A stretch of 20,000 nucleotides of DNA from an uncultured virus (IMG/VR IMGVR_UViG_3300020577_013858) (Duplodnaviria; Heunggongvirae; Uroviricota; Caudoviricetes): the IMG/VR virus record IMGVR_UViG_3300020577_013858. One strand, 5' to 3'. The translations under genes were made by a program, and so were the position numbers. Below are positions 7,148 through 15,677 of the stretch, in pieces. The first letter of the stretch is position 1; each line of letters starts with the position of its first letter. The notes below the pieces were generated by a model that saw nothing but the letters and a program-made list of their open reading frames with translations, was not told the DNA's origin and made no database searches.

Positions 7148-8194
7148 GTGCGACCTGTGCTCTTTCTCGACATCGACGGCGTGATGAACTCGCAAGCGCA
7201 CTACGACCGTCTCAAGGCCCGCGGCGAACCGACGCCGCCCGCGGGATGGCTCGACCCCGTTCTCGTCGCGCGCGTCAACGAGGTGTGTCGCGTCACCTGT
7301 GCAGAGGTCGTCATCACCTCGTCGTGGCGGACCTGCTACGACAAGGGGGGGCTGGATTTCGTCCGCGCGACGCTGCGTGAAGCGGGCTTCACGGGCGAGG
7401 TGATCGACGGCACGCCCGACCTGTGCGAGCGCGCCCCCGATGGCTCGCTCCTGCGTGTGGCGGAGACGCGCGGCGACGAGATTCGGCTCTGGTTGGGGGA
7501 GAACCCGGGGCGTGGTCGGTGGGCGGTGGTCGATGACCTCGACCTCGGGATGGACGCCGCGCGACACGTGAGGACGGACCTCGCGCACGGCATCACCGGG
7601 GAGAACGCGGAGGCCCTGGTGTGGGCACTCGGAGGCCCCGTGCCGTGGTCGGTCTGCGTGGTGCGCTACAGCTACAACTCGACCTCGACGCACCCTGAGT
7701 TCGAGGAGCGTCGCATCGTGGACGTGGGGCTCACGCCCGGGGAGGCGTTGCTCGCGGGGATCGTGCTTGTGCCGCCGCACGAACCCGACGATGGGCGTGG
7801 GGAGGGGGAGGTCGTGTTCCTGCGCGTGCTCGGAGCGGGAGGCCGTCAGGCGTCGTCGTTTTTCTTCGTCGAACGCGGGCACCTTCGCATCGTCGCGGAC
7901 GTGTTCGGTGACACGCTCGCGAAATGGGCGAGCGAAGAGCTCGCATGGTGCGAGAGCATCCGCGGGTTGGTCGAACTGGCCGCGCGGAACTCGCGCGAGG
8001 CGTTCGGACACACGAACACGTGGCACGTCGAACCCGTGCAGGGGCTTGGGTGGGTCGCGACGGTGCGGACGGAGCGGGGCGCGCAGGTGTTCCGCGCGGA
8101 GAACCCTTCGCTGCGCAGGTGCCTTGCGGCGCTCCTCCAATTCCTCGCGATGCCCTGGACGGCAAGCGCAGAGGTCGAGCGGGGTGGCGCGTGA
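7148..8194 (+). CDS. HAD-family phosphatase, Swiss-Army-Knife RNA-repair-like type (HAD_SAK_2), with long C-terminal extension
   Basis: VLFLDIDGVMN (motif I), VVITSSWR (motif II), RGDEIRLWL, WAVVDD (motif IV); about 190 extra unrecognised C-terminal residues. Confidence 0.85.
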   Translation: MRPVLFLDIDGVMNSQAHYDRLKARGEPTPPAGWLDPVLVARVNEVCRVTCAEVVITSSWRTCYDKGGLDFVRATLREAGFTGEVIDGTPDLCERAPDGSLLRVAETRGDEIRLWLGENPGRGRWAVVDDLDLGMDAARHVRTDLAHGITGENAEALVWALGGPVPWSVCVVRYSYNSTSTHPEFEERRIVDVGLTPGEALLAGIVLVPPHEPDDGRGEGEVVFLRVLGAGGRQASSFFFVERGHLRIVADVFGDTLAKWASEELAWCESIRGLVELAARNSREAFGHTNTWHVEPVQGLGWVATVRTERGAQVFRAENPSLRRCLAALLQFLAMPWTASAEVERGGA

Positions 8195-8640
8195 GAGCCG
8201 AACTTCGGTCCGTGTGCGCGCTCTGCGACGCGGTGTTTCGCAGCGTGGCGGCGGCGGTGCCTCATCATGCTGCGCTGCACGGGGCAGACGGCGTGTTGCG
8301 CGCGCTGCACGACGCCGCGTTGCGCGGGACCGACCACGTTGCGGTCGTGCGCGCGGCCAACATCCTCTTGAACCTCTGGACGGTGCCGAACGGAAGCCCG
8401 CCCCACGACCGCGCTGTGTTCTTTCTGTTGCGACTCCTTCGGGAGTCGGCGGTGCTCGTGTCGAAGGAACAATCGCGTCAGTGGACGGGATACGTGCAAC
8501 TCGTCAAGACGGCGGCGGCCAGTGCGCTCTGGCACCTCGGGCCGGGCGGTCCGGGGAGCGGGCGCGCGGCGGCCGATCGTGTGGAGGTGTTTTGGCGGGA
8601 AGGGTTGGAGGATACTTCGAGGCAGGGAGAAGGGCGATGA
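8191..8640 (+). CDS. Hypothetical protein with N-terminal C2H2-like Zn finger
   Basis: CALCDAVFRSVAAAVPHHAALH = C-x2-C-x3-F-x8-H-x4-H; 4-nt overlaps at both ends. Confidence 0.6.
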   Translation: MRAELRSVCALCDAVFRSVAAAVPHHAALHGADGVLRALHDAALRGTDHVAVVRAANILLNLWTVPNGSPPHDRAVFFLLRLLRESAVLVSKEQSRQWTGYVQLVKTAAASALWHLGPGGPGSGRAAADRVEVFWREGLEDTSRQGEGR

Positions 8641-9473
8641 AGGTGATGCAGGTGGTGAACGGGGAAGCGACGCTCACGCCCGAGGCCCACGGGGCGACCA
8701 CGCAGGGCAAGCGGGCGCGGCCGAAGACGCTCAACGTCAATCGGCTCTCCAAAAAAGCGCTCGACGAGGGCGCGATGGACACGAGTTGGTACGACCGTCG
8801 CGCGCACGCCCCGACGACCTACGGAGAGTGCGTGTCGCGGGGTCTCGGCACGCGCGACCCGTGTCCGTTCGTGAGTTGCAAGCATCACCTGCAACTGTCG
8901 GTCACGGAGGTCGGCTCCATTCACTTCGTGTGGCCCGACCGAGACGTCGACGCGATGCCGGGCACGTGCTCGCTCGCGCTCGGCGCACGCGGCGGCATGA
9001 AGCTCGACGAGATCGCCGCGCACACCAACCTCACCAAAGAGGGCGTGCGCAGGATGCTCGCCAAGGCCGTCGCGAAGATCCTCGCGCGGCTCATGGGCGT
9101 GAACGTCGCGCGGGTCGAGCGCCTGCTTCGTTCGGCGCGGCTCTCCGAGTCGGCCCCGTGGGGAATGTCGCCCGCGCGCAAGGTCGCCCGCGACGCGGCG
9201 CGATCCGAACTGTGGATGATGATTCGTCGCGCGAAACTTCGCTTGCCGCCCGAGCAAGCCGCACTCCTCGCGCAGCTTCCGGCGATCGTGTCCGCTGCAC
9301 GCGCAGAGGATCTTGACGCGGGGCCACCGCGCGACGCGGATGGCGCGCAGGTGTCGCCCATCCCGCGGGTCGTGCGCTGCGCGCCGAAGGCCGACAACTT
9401 CGCGTCGTATTACACCCCGAAAGAGCCCCTCAACCCCATGCTCGACCCCCGGCGCTATCGCCGCGCAGGTTGA
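8637..9473 (+). CDS. Cys-cluster + sigma70 region-4-like HTH DNA-binding protein (myxobacterial type)
   Basis: P.T..EC......PCPFVSCKHHL.L.V...GSI...WPD..V..M..TC.L....RGGMKLDEIAAHTNLTKEGVRRM; ATGA overlap with upstream gene. Confidence 0.75.
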   Translation: MKVMQVVNGEATLTPEAHGATTQGKRARPKTLNVNRLSKKALDEGAMDTSWYDRRAHAPTTYGECVSRGLGTRDPCPFVSCKHHLQLSVTEVGSIHFVWPDRDVDAMPGTCSLALGARGGMKLDEIAAHTNLTKEGVRRMLAKAVAKILARLMGVNVARVERLLRSARLSESAPWGMSPARKVARDAARSELWMMIRRAKLRLPPEQAALLAQLPAIVSAARAEDLDAGPPRDADGAQVSPIPRVVRCAPKADNFASYYTPKEPLNPMLDPRRYRRAG

Positions 9474-9484
9474 ACGGAGATGAC

Positions 9485-10657
9485 ATGACCTCTAGGATTG
9501 AATGGACATTCGACGGCAAAGTGTGGCCCGTCACGCGGGGCTGCGAACTCGAATCGCCCGGGTGTCTCTTCTGCTATGCGATGCGCGACGGCGCGCGCTT
9601 CGTGAAGGGCTACAACGCGGGTTACATCGAACTGCGTGAGCGCGAGCTGCGCGTGTCGCCCACGGAGAAGATCACGAAGAGACTCCCGGTGTGGACGGGC
9701 AAGGTCTCGACGTTGGAGCGGAACCTCACGATGCCGTTCGGGTGGAGAAACCCGGTGTCGGTGTTCGTGAACTCGACCTCGGATCTCTTCCATCCCGAGG
9801 TGCCCGGCGACTTCATCGGGGCCGTGCTCGGTGTGATCGCCGTCACGCGCGAGCACAAGTACATGATCCTCACGAAGCGCGACGAGGGGCTCGCACACTG
9901 GTTCGAGCAGTTCCTCCGCGCGCCCTACTTCGGCTCCGTGGCGAAGCTCCTCCAAGAGACGGCCCGAAAGATCGAGGCCGCGGGGCTCATGACCCGAGCC
10001 ATTCGCAAGCGCCTGGACAGCGCGATCAACCTCGCGCTTCGGGATCTTCTCCGCTGGCCGCTCGACAACCTCATCGTGGGCGTGTCCGCCGAGAATCAGC
10101 ACTACGCCGACCGGCGCATCCCGAACCTTCTCCGTGTCCCGGGGATGCGATTCGTGTCGATTGAGCCGCAACTCGACGCGATCGACCTCCGCCCGTACCT
10201 GTTCGGCGGGGCGTGCGCGCACTGCGGCCAGGTGCGTGTGCGACGGGAGCAAATCGAGCTCTGCATGTCGTGCGGCACGTGGGTTCCCTGCCCCGAGTCC
10301 CGTGAGCTGCACTGGATCATCGTCGGTGGCGAGTCGGGCATTCCGGGGCAGACCGCGAGGCCCTATCACCTCGCGTGGGCGCGTGAGATCGTGCGCGCGT
10401 GTCGCGGGGCGCGCGTCCCGGTGTTCGTGAAGCAACTCGGGCGCTATCCTCGCGTCGCGGAGACGTCGGAGTTCCTGCGCGCCGTGGGTCCGTCGATGTC
10501 CAACGTCGGGCTCATCACCATGCAAGACGGCGAGAAGCCGTCGCTGATGCTCAACCACCTGCGCGGGGGCGACATGGGCGAATGGCCCTTTGACCTTCGC
10601 GTGCGCCAGTCCCCGCGTTGGCCGGGTGACAGTGATTCGCGTTTGGAGAGACCATGA
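9485..10657 (+). CDS. Phage Gp37/Gp68 family protein (DUF5131; three-Cys radical-SAM-like)
   Basis: GGAG SD; IEWT...W.VTRGC...SPGC..CYA, FVNSTSDLFH, Y.ILTKR, GVSAENQ, RFVSIEP, WIIVGGESG, PVFVKQLG; inserted CAHC...CMSC Zn ribbon. Confidence 0.92.
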   Translation: MTSRIEWTFDGKVWPVTRGCELESPGCLFCYAMRDGARFVKGYNAGYIELRERELRVSPTEKITKRLPVWTGKVSTLERNLTMPFGWRNPVSVFVNSTSDLFHPEVPGDFIGAVLGVIAVTREHKYMILTKRDEGLAHWFEQFLRAPYFGSVAKLLQETARKIEAAGLMTRAIRKRLDSAINLALRDLLRWPLDNLIVGVSAENQHYADRRIPNLLRVPGMRFVSIEPQLDAIDLRPYLFGGACAHCGQVRVRREQIELCMSCGTWVPCPESRELHWIIVGGESGIPGQTARPYHLAWAREIVRACRGARVPVFVKQLGRYPRVAETSEFLRAVGPSMSNVGLITMQDGEKPSLMLNHLRGGDMGEWPFDLRVRQSPRWPGDSDSRLERP

Positions 10658-10848
10658 CGTTCAAAACCCTTCCCTCGGTTCGTGTCGCCCGTGTCGTCCG
10701 CACCTCGTCGAAGCGTTGCATCGTCACGTTCGAGGGTGACGCGGACGCGATCACGGCCTACGTCAACGGCGAGACGCTCGACAAGGCGGGGTCGTTTACG
10801 CTCGAACTCACGCGCGAGACGGGTGCGACACGCGGAGCAAAGCGATGA
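10654..10848 (+). CDS. Hypothetical protein (64 aa)
   Basis: GGAG SD; ATGA overlaps at both ends. Confidence 0.7.
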   Translation: MTFKTLPSVRVARVVRTSSKRCIVTFEGDADAITAYVNGETLDKAGSFTLELTRETGATRGAKR

Positions 10849-11255
10849 CCATGCAGAACGAAGACGCCGCGCGCCTCGCGCTCCTCGAAACCGCCGTGCG
10901 CCTCGCCGCGCAGGCGTACAACGCCGTGGTCGGCGGACGGAGACGCCCCCTTCACGAGTTCCACATGGCCTACGACACCCACGACGACGGCACCGTGTCG
11001 GCGGGTGTGAAGGTCAGTGGAAACGGCGCGGGCATGTGGGGGGTGCCGAGCGACGGGAAGATTCGCGCGCTTCACGCCTGCGAGTCGGCCATTTCTACGT
11101 ACATCGCGCAGCACATCGCGATGCTCAAAGCGGACAAGACCGCGATCGAGCGGCGCATCGAACTTCTCGAACGAGCGAACGCGACGGTGCAGTCGCTCAT
11201 GCGTGAAGAACAGGCATTTTACGAGTGCGTGAAGTGCGCGCAGGAGAAGTCATGA
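10845..11255 (+). CDS. Hypothetical protein with C-terminal coiled coil
   Basis: GGAG SD; ATGA overlaps; GC3 bias. Confidence 0.75.
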   Translation: MTMQNEDAARLALLETAVRLAAQAYNAVVGGRRRPLHEFHMAYDTHDDGTVSAGVKVSGNGAGMWGVPSDGKIRALHACESAISTYIAQHIAMLKADKTAIERRIELLERANATVQSLMREEQAFYECVKCAQEKS

Positions 11256-11713
11256 ACACGAGACCTCTGCGTCGTGTCGCGGTCGGCGACGAGTTCATGG
11301 TGTCCCGTGACGTGCGCCCCGGTGGCATGTTCGAGTTTCAGGTGTGGGTCGTCGAAGATGGCACGGGCAGCATCGTGTGGGATCGAACGAACTTCGGGGA
11401 CACCCCTTCTCGGTGGCGGCGACTCGGGGCTGCGCGGCGTGCGGATGCACCCGACGAAGAACTGGCGGCGGTGTTCGTCGAAGAGCAGCAACTCGCGGTG
11501 CGGCTCATCGCGCAGGTGTTCCCGATCACCGCGCAGTCGCCCGCCGAGAACGGCGCGATTCGTATGCCGTGCCCCGCGCTGCAACCGCTTCTGAACCACC
11601 GCGCGCGATTGGTTGCGGCGCTCGCCGCACTCGACCGTCGTATTGACGCGGTGTCCGACGATGAAGAGGCCACGTTCCGTCGTGCCTTCGAGGAGGAGGA
11701 TCTCACGCCATGA
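11252..11713 (+). CDS. Hypothetical protein (153 aa)
   Basis: AGGAG SD then ATG 11252 overlapping upstream stop. Confidence 0.75.
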   Translation: MNTRPLRRVAVGDEFMVSRDVRPGGMFEFQVWVVEDGTGSIVWDRTNFGDTPSRWRRLGAARRADAPDEELAAVFVEEQQLAVRLIAQVFPITAQSPAENGAIRMPCPALQPLLNHRARLVAALAALDRRIDAVSDDEEATFRRAFEEEDLTP

Positions 11714-11913
11714 ACAACGTTTACGACTGGAAAGGCACGCTCGGTTCGGTGACGGATCTCGTCCGAGAGACGACCACGCTCGTCAAAGAAATGACCGTCG
11801 CTGTGTCTGAACTCCGTAAGGCCGCGATGGCCGCGACGGAGGCATTCAAGGCCATGGAATACGCCGAGACAAAGAGGGGCTATCTCTACGAACTTCAGAT
11901 CAAAGACAGATAG
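11710..11913 (+). CDS. Small helical hypothetical protein
   Basis: GGAGGA SD; ATGA overlap. Confidence 0.7.
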   Translation: MNNVYDWKGTLGSVTDLVRETTTLVKEMTVAVSELRKAAMAATEAFKAMEYAETKRGYLYELQIKDR

Positions 11914-11923
11914 GATAGGGTCG

Positions 11924-12592
11924 ATGAAACTTCGGGATACAGCGCTCGTCGCGTTTCTTTCGCCGCACATCGAGTATGGCGAGACAATCGTGTGCCTTCG
12001 GTGTCGTCGCGTCTACGATTCCCTCGACGTTGCGCCCGCAATTTGCGAGTGCGGCGTGCGTCTGACGCCTCCCGAGCGCGATGGCGACTTCTCCGCGCGA
12101 CCCGTGTGCCTGAACTGTGCGGACCGACTCCGCACGTCGGGTGACCCCGCGCACGACGACTGCGTGATTCGGGTTCGTCGCAACGACCTGGCCGTGTCCC
12201 CCGTGCTCGCGCAATTCGTCGCGCGGGCGGCTCACTTCGGCTGGTCGGCGCGCGGGCCGCGCGCGTTCGAGCAGACCATCCGCAACCCCGATGGCACGCT
12301 CTCCGTGCAGCGTGGGTTTCGTCTGAGCTTTTTTAGCGAGCATGACGGCATTCGGCGACTCGCGGTCACCGGAGAGACGATGGCGGCGTTGGATCACGCG
12401 CTCGTGTCGGAATTTGATCCCGCGGTGCAGCGGTGGGTCGTCGAAGAAACGGCCGCCGTGGATGATCTCACGGCGCAAATTCGCAGGCTCATGGGGCTGC
12501 GCGATCGTGCGGCCGAACGGGTGACCCGAGCGACGGGAGGGGTCGCGGAGGGTGCTTCGCGCGACTCCCAGGAATCGCATGAGGTGCGGTAG
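11924..12592 (+). CDS. Zn-finger-containing hypothetical protein
   Basis: CLRC...CECG...CLNC...HDDC Cys clusters; tight operon spacing. Confidence 0.7.
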   Translation: MKLRDTALVAFLSPHIEYGETIVCLRCRRVYDSLDVAPAICECGVRLTPPERDGDFSARPVCLNCADRLRTSGDPAHDDCVIRVRRNDLAVSPVLAQFVARAAHFGWSARGPRAFEQTIRNPDGTLSVQRGFRLSFFSEHDGIRRLAVTGETMAALDHALVSEFDPAVQRWVVEETAAVDDLTAQIRRLMGLRDRAAERVTRATGGVAEGASRDSQESHEVR

Positions 12593-12601
12593 AATCGCCC
12601 T

Positions 12602-13168
12602 GTGAGACGGACGAAAACCGAGCAGGAGGCCCTTTCGCTCCTGCGGCGTTACAAGCGCGACCGCATCGATTTCGCCATCTACCACGCCATTCAAATCGCG
12701 CGCGCGAGCGGCTCGGTGGACTCGACCCGCCTGCACGCGCGCCTCGTCGAACTCGGGGTCGTGGCCGCCGTGCGCGAGGCCAAGGGCGCCGCCGAGCTGC
12801 GATGGTATGGGGCGGTGTTCACCTGCGGGCTCTTCAAGCAGACCGGGGAGTTTGTCTCCACCGCGAACCCTGGACGGGGTGTCCACCGCGGGCGGCACGC
12901 GAACGTGTGGCGACTCCGCCCCGACGCCGATCTCGCGCCCTACGCGACGGAGCCCCCCAGGCCCGCGCCGATCGACGAGGCCACGTCGCTCGCCGCAACA
13001 CCCCGCAACACCCCGCAACACCCCGCAACGCCCCTCCCGTTCGAGCCGGGGGCCGCGCTTCGGGAGATCACCTACCTCGACCGCGTGGCGACGCTGCACG
13101 GGGAAAAGCCGTCGCCGAACGTCGAGCGGCTCAAGGCGTGGCTCGAATCGCTCGTGCCGACGAACTGA
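12602..13168 (+). CDS. Phage hypothetical protein, possible winged-helix DNA-binding
   Basis: GAGG upstream; V.STRL...RWYGAVF...F.QTG.F....G.H.....VWRL pattern; Pro-rich repeat linker. Confidence 0.6.
   Translation: MRRTKTEQEALSLLRRYKRDRIDFAIYHAIQIARASGSVDSTRLHARLVELGVVAAVREAKGAAELRWYGAVFTCGLFKQTGEFVSTANPGRGVHRGRHANVWRLRPDADLAPYATEPPRPAPIDEATSLAATPRNTPQHPATPLPFEPGAALREITYLDRVATLHGEKPSPNVERLKAWLESLVPTN
12993..13034 (+). repeat. 10-bp tandem repeat (CCGCAACACC) x4 inside CDS
   Basis: ccgcaacacc ccgcaacacc ccgcaacacc ccgcaacgcc cc. Confidence 0.95.
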
Positions 13169-13173
13169 CCCCC

Positions 13174-13190
13174 CTGCGAAGGCTTCGCAG
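13174..13190. promoter_or_regulatory. Palindrome copy 2: CTGCGAAG-G-CTTCGCAG
   Basis: Perfect 8-bp arms, 5 nt after a stop codon and upstream of a promoter. Confidence 0.65.
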
Positions 13191-13246
13191 CGGAATCGCC
13201 GGATTTCCGAGCCGTTCGAGAAAAGATAGATTGCACGTCGTTTTTG

Positions 13247-13275
13247 TTGGCGTGCGCTCTGGAACGGTTTACCTT
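13247..13275 (+). promoter_or_regulatory. Sigma70-type promoter candidate
   Basis: TTGGCG-N17-TACCTT with upstream T-tract; AGGAG at 13300-13304. Confidence 0.5.
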
Positions 13276-13467
13276 TTCTTCGACGGCGAGAACCCGAACA
13301 GGAGATTTACCGATGCGCTCGCACGGTCGGAGGCGGAGTCGCAGAGTGCGGTGGAGTATTACCTCGAACACGGCGAGCATCCCGTGCCCGAGCGTTGGCG
13401 CGAGGTGTTCCGCAGGGTCTACGTGCGAGAGGTTCGACGCCGCGACCGCAGGGCGCTCAACGACTGA
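13252..13467 (+). pseudogene. Truncated or remnant ORF similar to the C-terminus of 17125-17481
   Basis: Frame ...DALARSEAESQSAVEYYLEHGEHPVPERWREVFRRVYVREVRRRDRRALND* has coding-like bias, but the SD-linked ATG 13313 is in another frame. Confidence 0.4.
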
Positions 13468-13550
13468 GCATTGCGCCCCGCGCGTAGAAAAAGGCCCGGT
13501 AGGACGCGCGCAAGCGTGAGCCCCGGGCTTGAGGCCGTGAGGAAACACCC

Positions 13551-14321
13551 ATGCAGTTCACTCGCAAATTCCAGGGACACACCTATCACTTCTCGCTCGC
13601 GCCGTTCGGCGAAGAGTCGGTTCTCATCTACTCCTCGCCGGAAAGCGCCGCGCTGCTTGCGCTCGCGCCCGAGCAGGTGACCGCGTTCGCCGTAGAAGCG
13701 TCCGGGGAGCCGCTGCGCTTTCTTTCGCAGGCCGTCATGGGCGGTCTCGGGGTCGCGCGGCTCGCGCGGGTGATCGACGCGCAGTTCAACCTGATCTTCA
13801 CTCGGCTCGCGCGGGCGTGGACGTACCTCGCGCGGGCGGTCGAGGGGTTCAACGGCGCGACGGCCGAAACCTGCGAAGACGTCGCGCAGGATCTCGACGT
13901 GAAGCTCGCCGAATACAACGCCGCGCTCGTTGAGGTTCAGGCGTTCGCCGCGCGCCAGTTCGAGGCGGGGAACCGGGGCTGGTACGAAGCGGCCGAGGTG
14001 TGGACGAAGCACGACGTCGACTCGATGTACGACGCCGACCTTGAGCGCATGGGGATGCCCGAGTTCGTTCTCCATCTCTTCGTCAAGGCGTCGCGGTCCG
14101 CGCGGGTCGAGGTGCAGACGATTGTGTGTTCCGCGACCCTGGAGGGCGACTATCGTGTGGAGGACACGGTGTATGCCCGCGATCTCGACCACGCCGCCGA
14201 GCTGGCACAGACGATCGTTCAGCGCGAGACCCAAAGCGTCGATGTCACGCGCCGCATGGTGTTCGTGCCCGACACGGGCGTCTCGTATTGGTGGGATGGC
14301 AAGAAAGTGAACCACGCATGA
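13551..14321 (+). CDS. Hypothetical protein (256 aa)
   Basis: AGGAAACACCC-ATG leader; strong GC3 bias. Confidence 0.8.
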   Translation: MQFTRKFQGHTYHFSLAPFGEESVLIYSSPESAALLALAPEQVTAFAVEASGEPLRFLSQAVMGGLGVARLARVIDAQFNLIFTRLARAWTYLARAVEGFNGATAETCEDVAQDLDVKLAEYNAALVEVQAFAARQFEAGNRGWYEAAEVWTKHDVDSMYDADLERMGMPEFVLHLFVKASRSARVEVQTIVCSATLEGDYRVEDTVYARDLDHAAELAQTIVQRETQSVDVTRRMVFVPDTGVSYWWDGKKVNHA

Positions 14322-14566
14322 AAATCAGTGAGGAATCGAGGCGCCTGGTTTCGTTGCACAACGGCGACGAGTCGATGCGTGCGCAGTGGGGGGCGTTGGT
14401 GCGCGCTGCGCTGGAAACGCACCGCAACATCGCGCGCGCTGCGCGAGCGCTCAGTGTCAACCGAGCGACCTTGCGCGACTGGATCAAAGAAACGCCCTCG
14501 CTCGCGGAGGGCATCGAAATGCAGGAACGTGGGCGCCCCAAGAATCCGCCCGCTCAACCCGAGTGA
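14318..14566 (+). CDS. Small Fis-type HTH protein with AT-hook-like RGRPK tail (82 aa)
   Basis: LVRAALETHRNIARAARALSVNRATLRDWIK; ATGA overlap. Confidence 0.8.
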   Translation: MKISEESRRLVSLHNGDESMRAQWGALVRAALETHRNIARAARALSVNRATLRDWIKETPSLAEGIEMQERGRPKNPPAQPE

Positions 14567-14599
14567 CGAGACGTCACATCACCCCGCAGGAAAACACCC

Positions 14600-15574
14600 A
14601 TGGAAGACTCGAAGATCACCCCCCAGGCCGTCGAAGAGGCCGCCGCGCAGGGCGTTGAGAACGTCGCGGCCAACCGCGACGCCATCACCACCGTGCTCGC
14701 GTTGCTCGTGCCGCGCGCGTCCGAGCTCACCGCGGGCTACAAGGTCATCGTCGCGGAGAGCTCGTTCCCGGGCGAACGCCCGAAGCAGCACGCGCCCGGG
14801 ATGCAGCTCTTCTGTGACTACGGTCCCGAGACCGTCGAAACCGACCACAAGGGCGGCAAGCTCACGGGCTACCTGCTGTTTCTCGCGCCCGATGGCACGT
14901 TTCGCGGCGGCCCCATCACGGGCTCGTTCACGGCCGATCACACCCGCTGGTCCGCGCACTACACGCACGTCACGATCGACGAGATCGTCGTGCGGGTGAA
15001 GGCAGAGGCCCTCGTCAACACCGTCGCGAAGGTGCTGGACGCGCGCAGGGCGGCCAAGGGCACCGCGTGGGTGCGGCGACGCATCGCGGTCATCGCGCAG
15101 TCGCTCCAACAGGGCGACCCGACGCTCGCCATCCCCTCCGACGTGCGCGACTTTCTTCTCGTCGCCGCGCAGGTGGTTCGACTCCACGACCCGAACGTCG
15201 GCGGGTTCGTGGTCGAGACCCTTCGCGCGCTGCGCACGCCCGTGACCGAGCCCCGTGCGAAGGCTCTCGTCGCGAAGGCGGGTGAACTGGCGACGGCGTG
15301 CGCCAACCGCGCCGAATCGGCCGAAGATCACCTCAAGCTCGGAGACGGCGCGGCGAAGGCGCTCGCGGAGGTGTTCGCCGACGTGCTCGACGTGTACGTG
15401 CTGCACGCGGACGAACCTCCCACCGAGGCGCGCGCGCAGGCGCTCGCGGGGTATGCCGAGCAAGCCGCGCTGCACGCGCTCAAGTGGGTCGAGTTCATGC
15501 GCCACACGCTGACCGCGCCCCTTCTCGACGCGCCCGCGGCTCCGCCCGCCCTCGTGCCGCCGTCGTTGAACTGA
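14600..15574 (+). CDS. Hypothetical protein (324 aa)
   Basis: AGGAAAACACCC-ATG leader; strong GC3 bias. Confidence 0.8.
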   Translation: MEDSKITPQAVEEAAAQGVENVAANRDAITTVLALLVPRASELTAGYKVIVAESSFPGERPKQHAPGMQLFCDYGPETVETDHKGGKLTGYLLFLAPDGTFRGGPITGSFTADHTRWSAHYTHVTIDEIVVRVKAEALVNTVAKVLDARRAAKGTAWVRRRIAVIAQSLQQGDPTLAIPSDVRDFLLVAAQVVRLHDPNVGGFVVETLRALRTPVTEPRAKALVAKAGELATACANRAESAEDHLKLGDGAAKALAEVFADVLDVYVLHADEPPTEARAQALAGYAEQAALHALKWVEFMRHTLTAPLLDAPAAPPALVPPSLN

Positions 15575-15598
15575 CACCGCCCACGGCGCCGGGGGTCG

Positions 15599-15627
15599 TT
15601 GACCCGCTCGCGCCCGCTCTCTATCCT
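15599..15627 (+). promoter_or_regulatory. Sigma70-type promoter
   Basis: TTGACC-N17-TATCCT in the intergenic gap ahead of GGAG/ATG 15678. Confidence 0.7.
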
Positions 15628-15677
15628 CGCTCCGATTCGCGCCCTCTCGTTTCACCCGGCGTGACCCCGGAGCCCCC

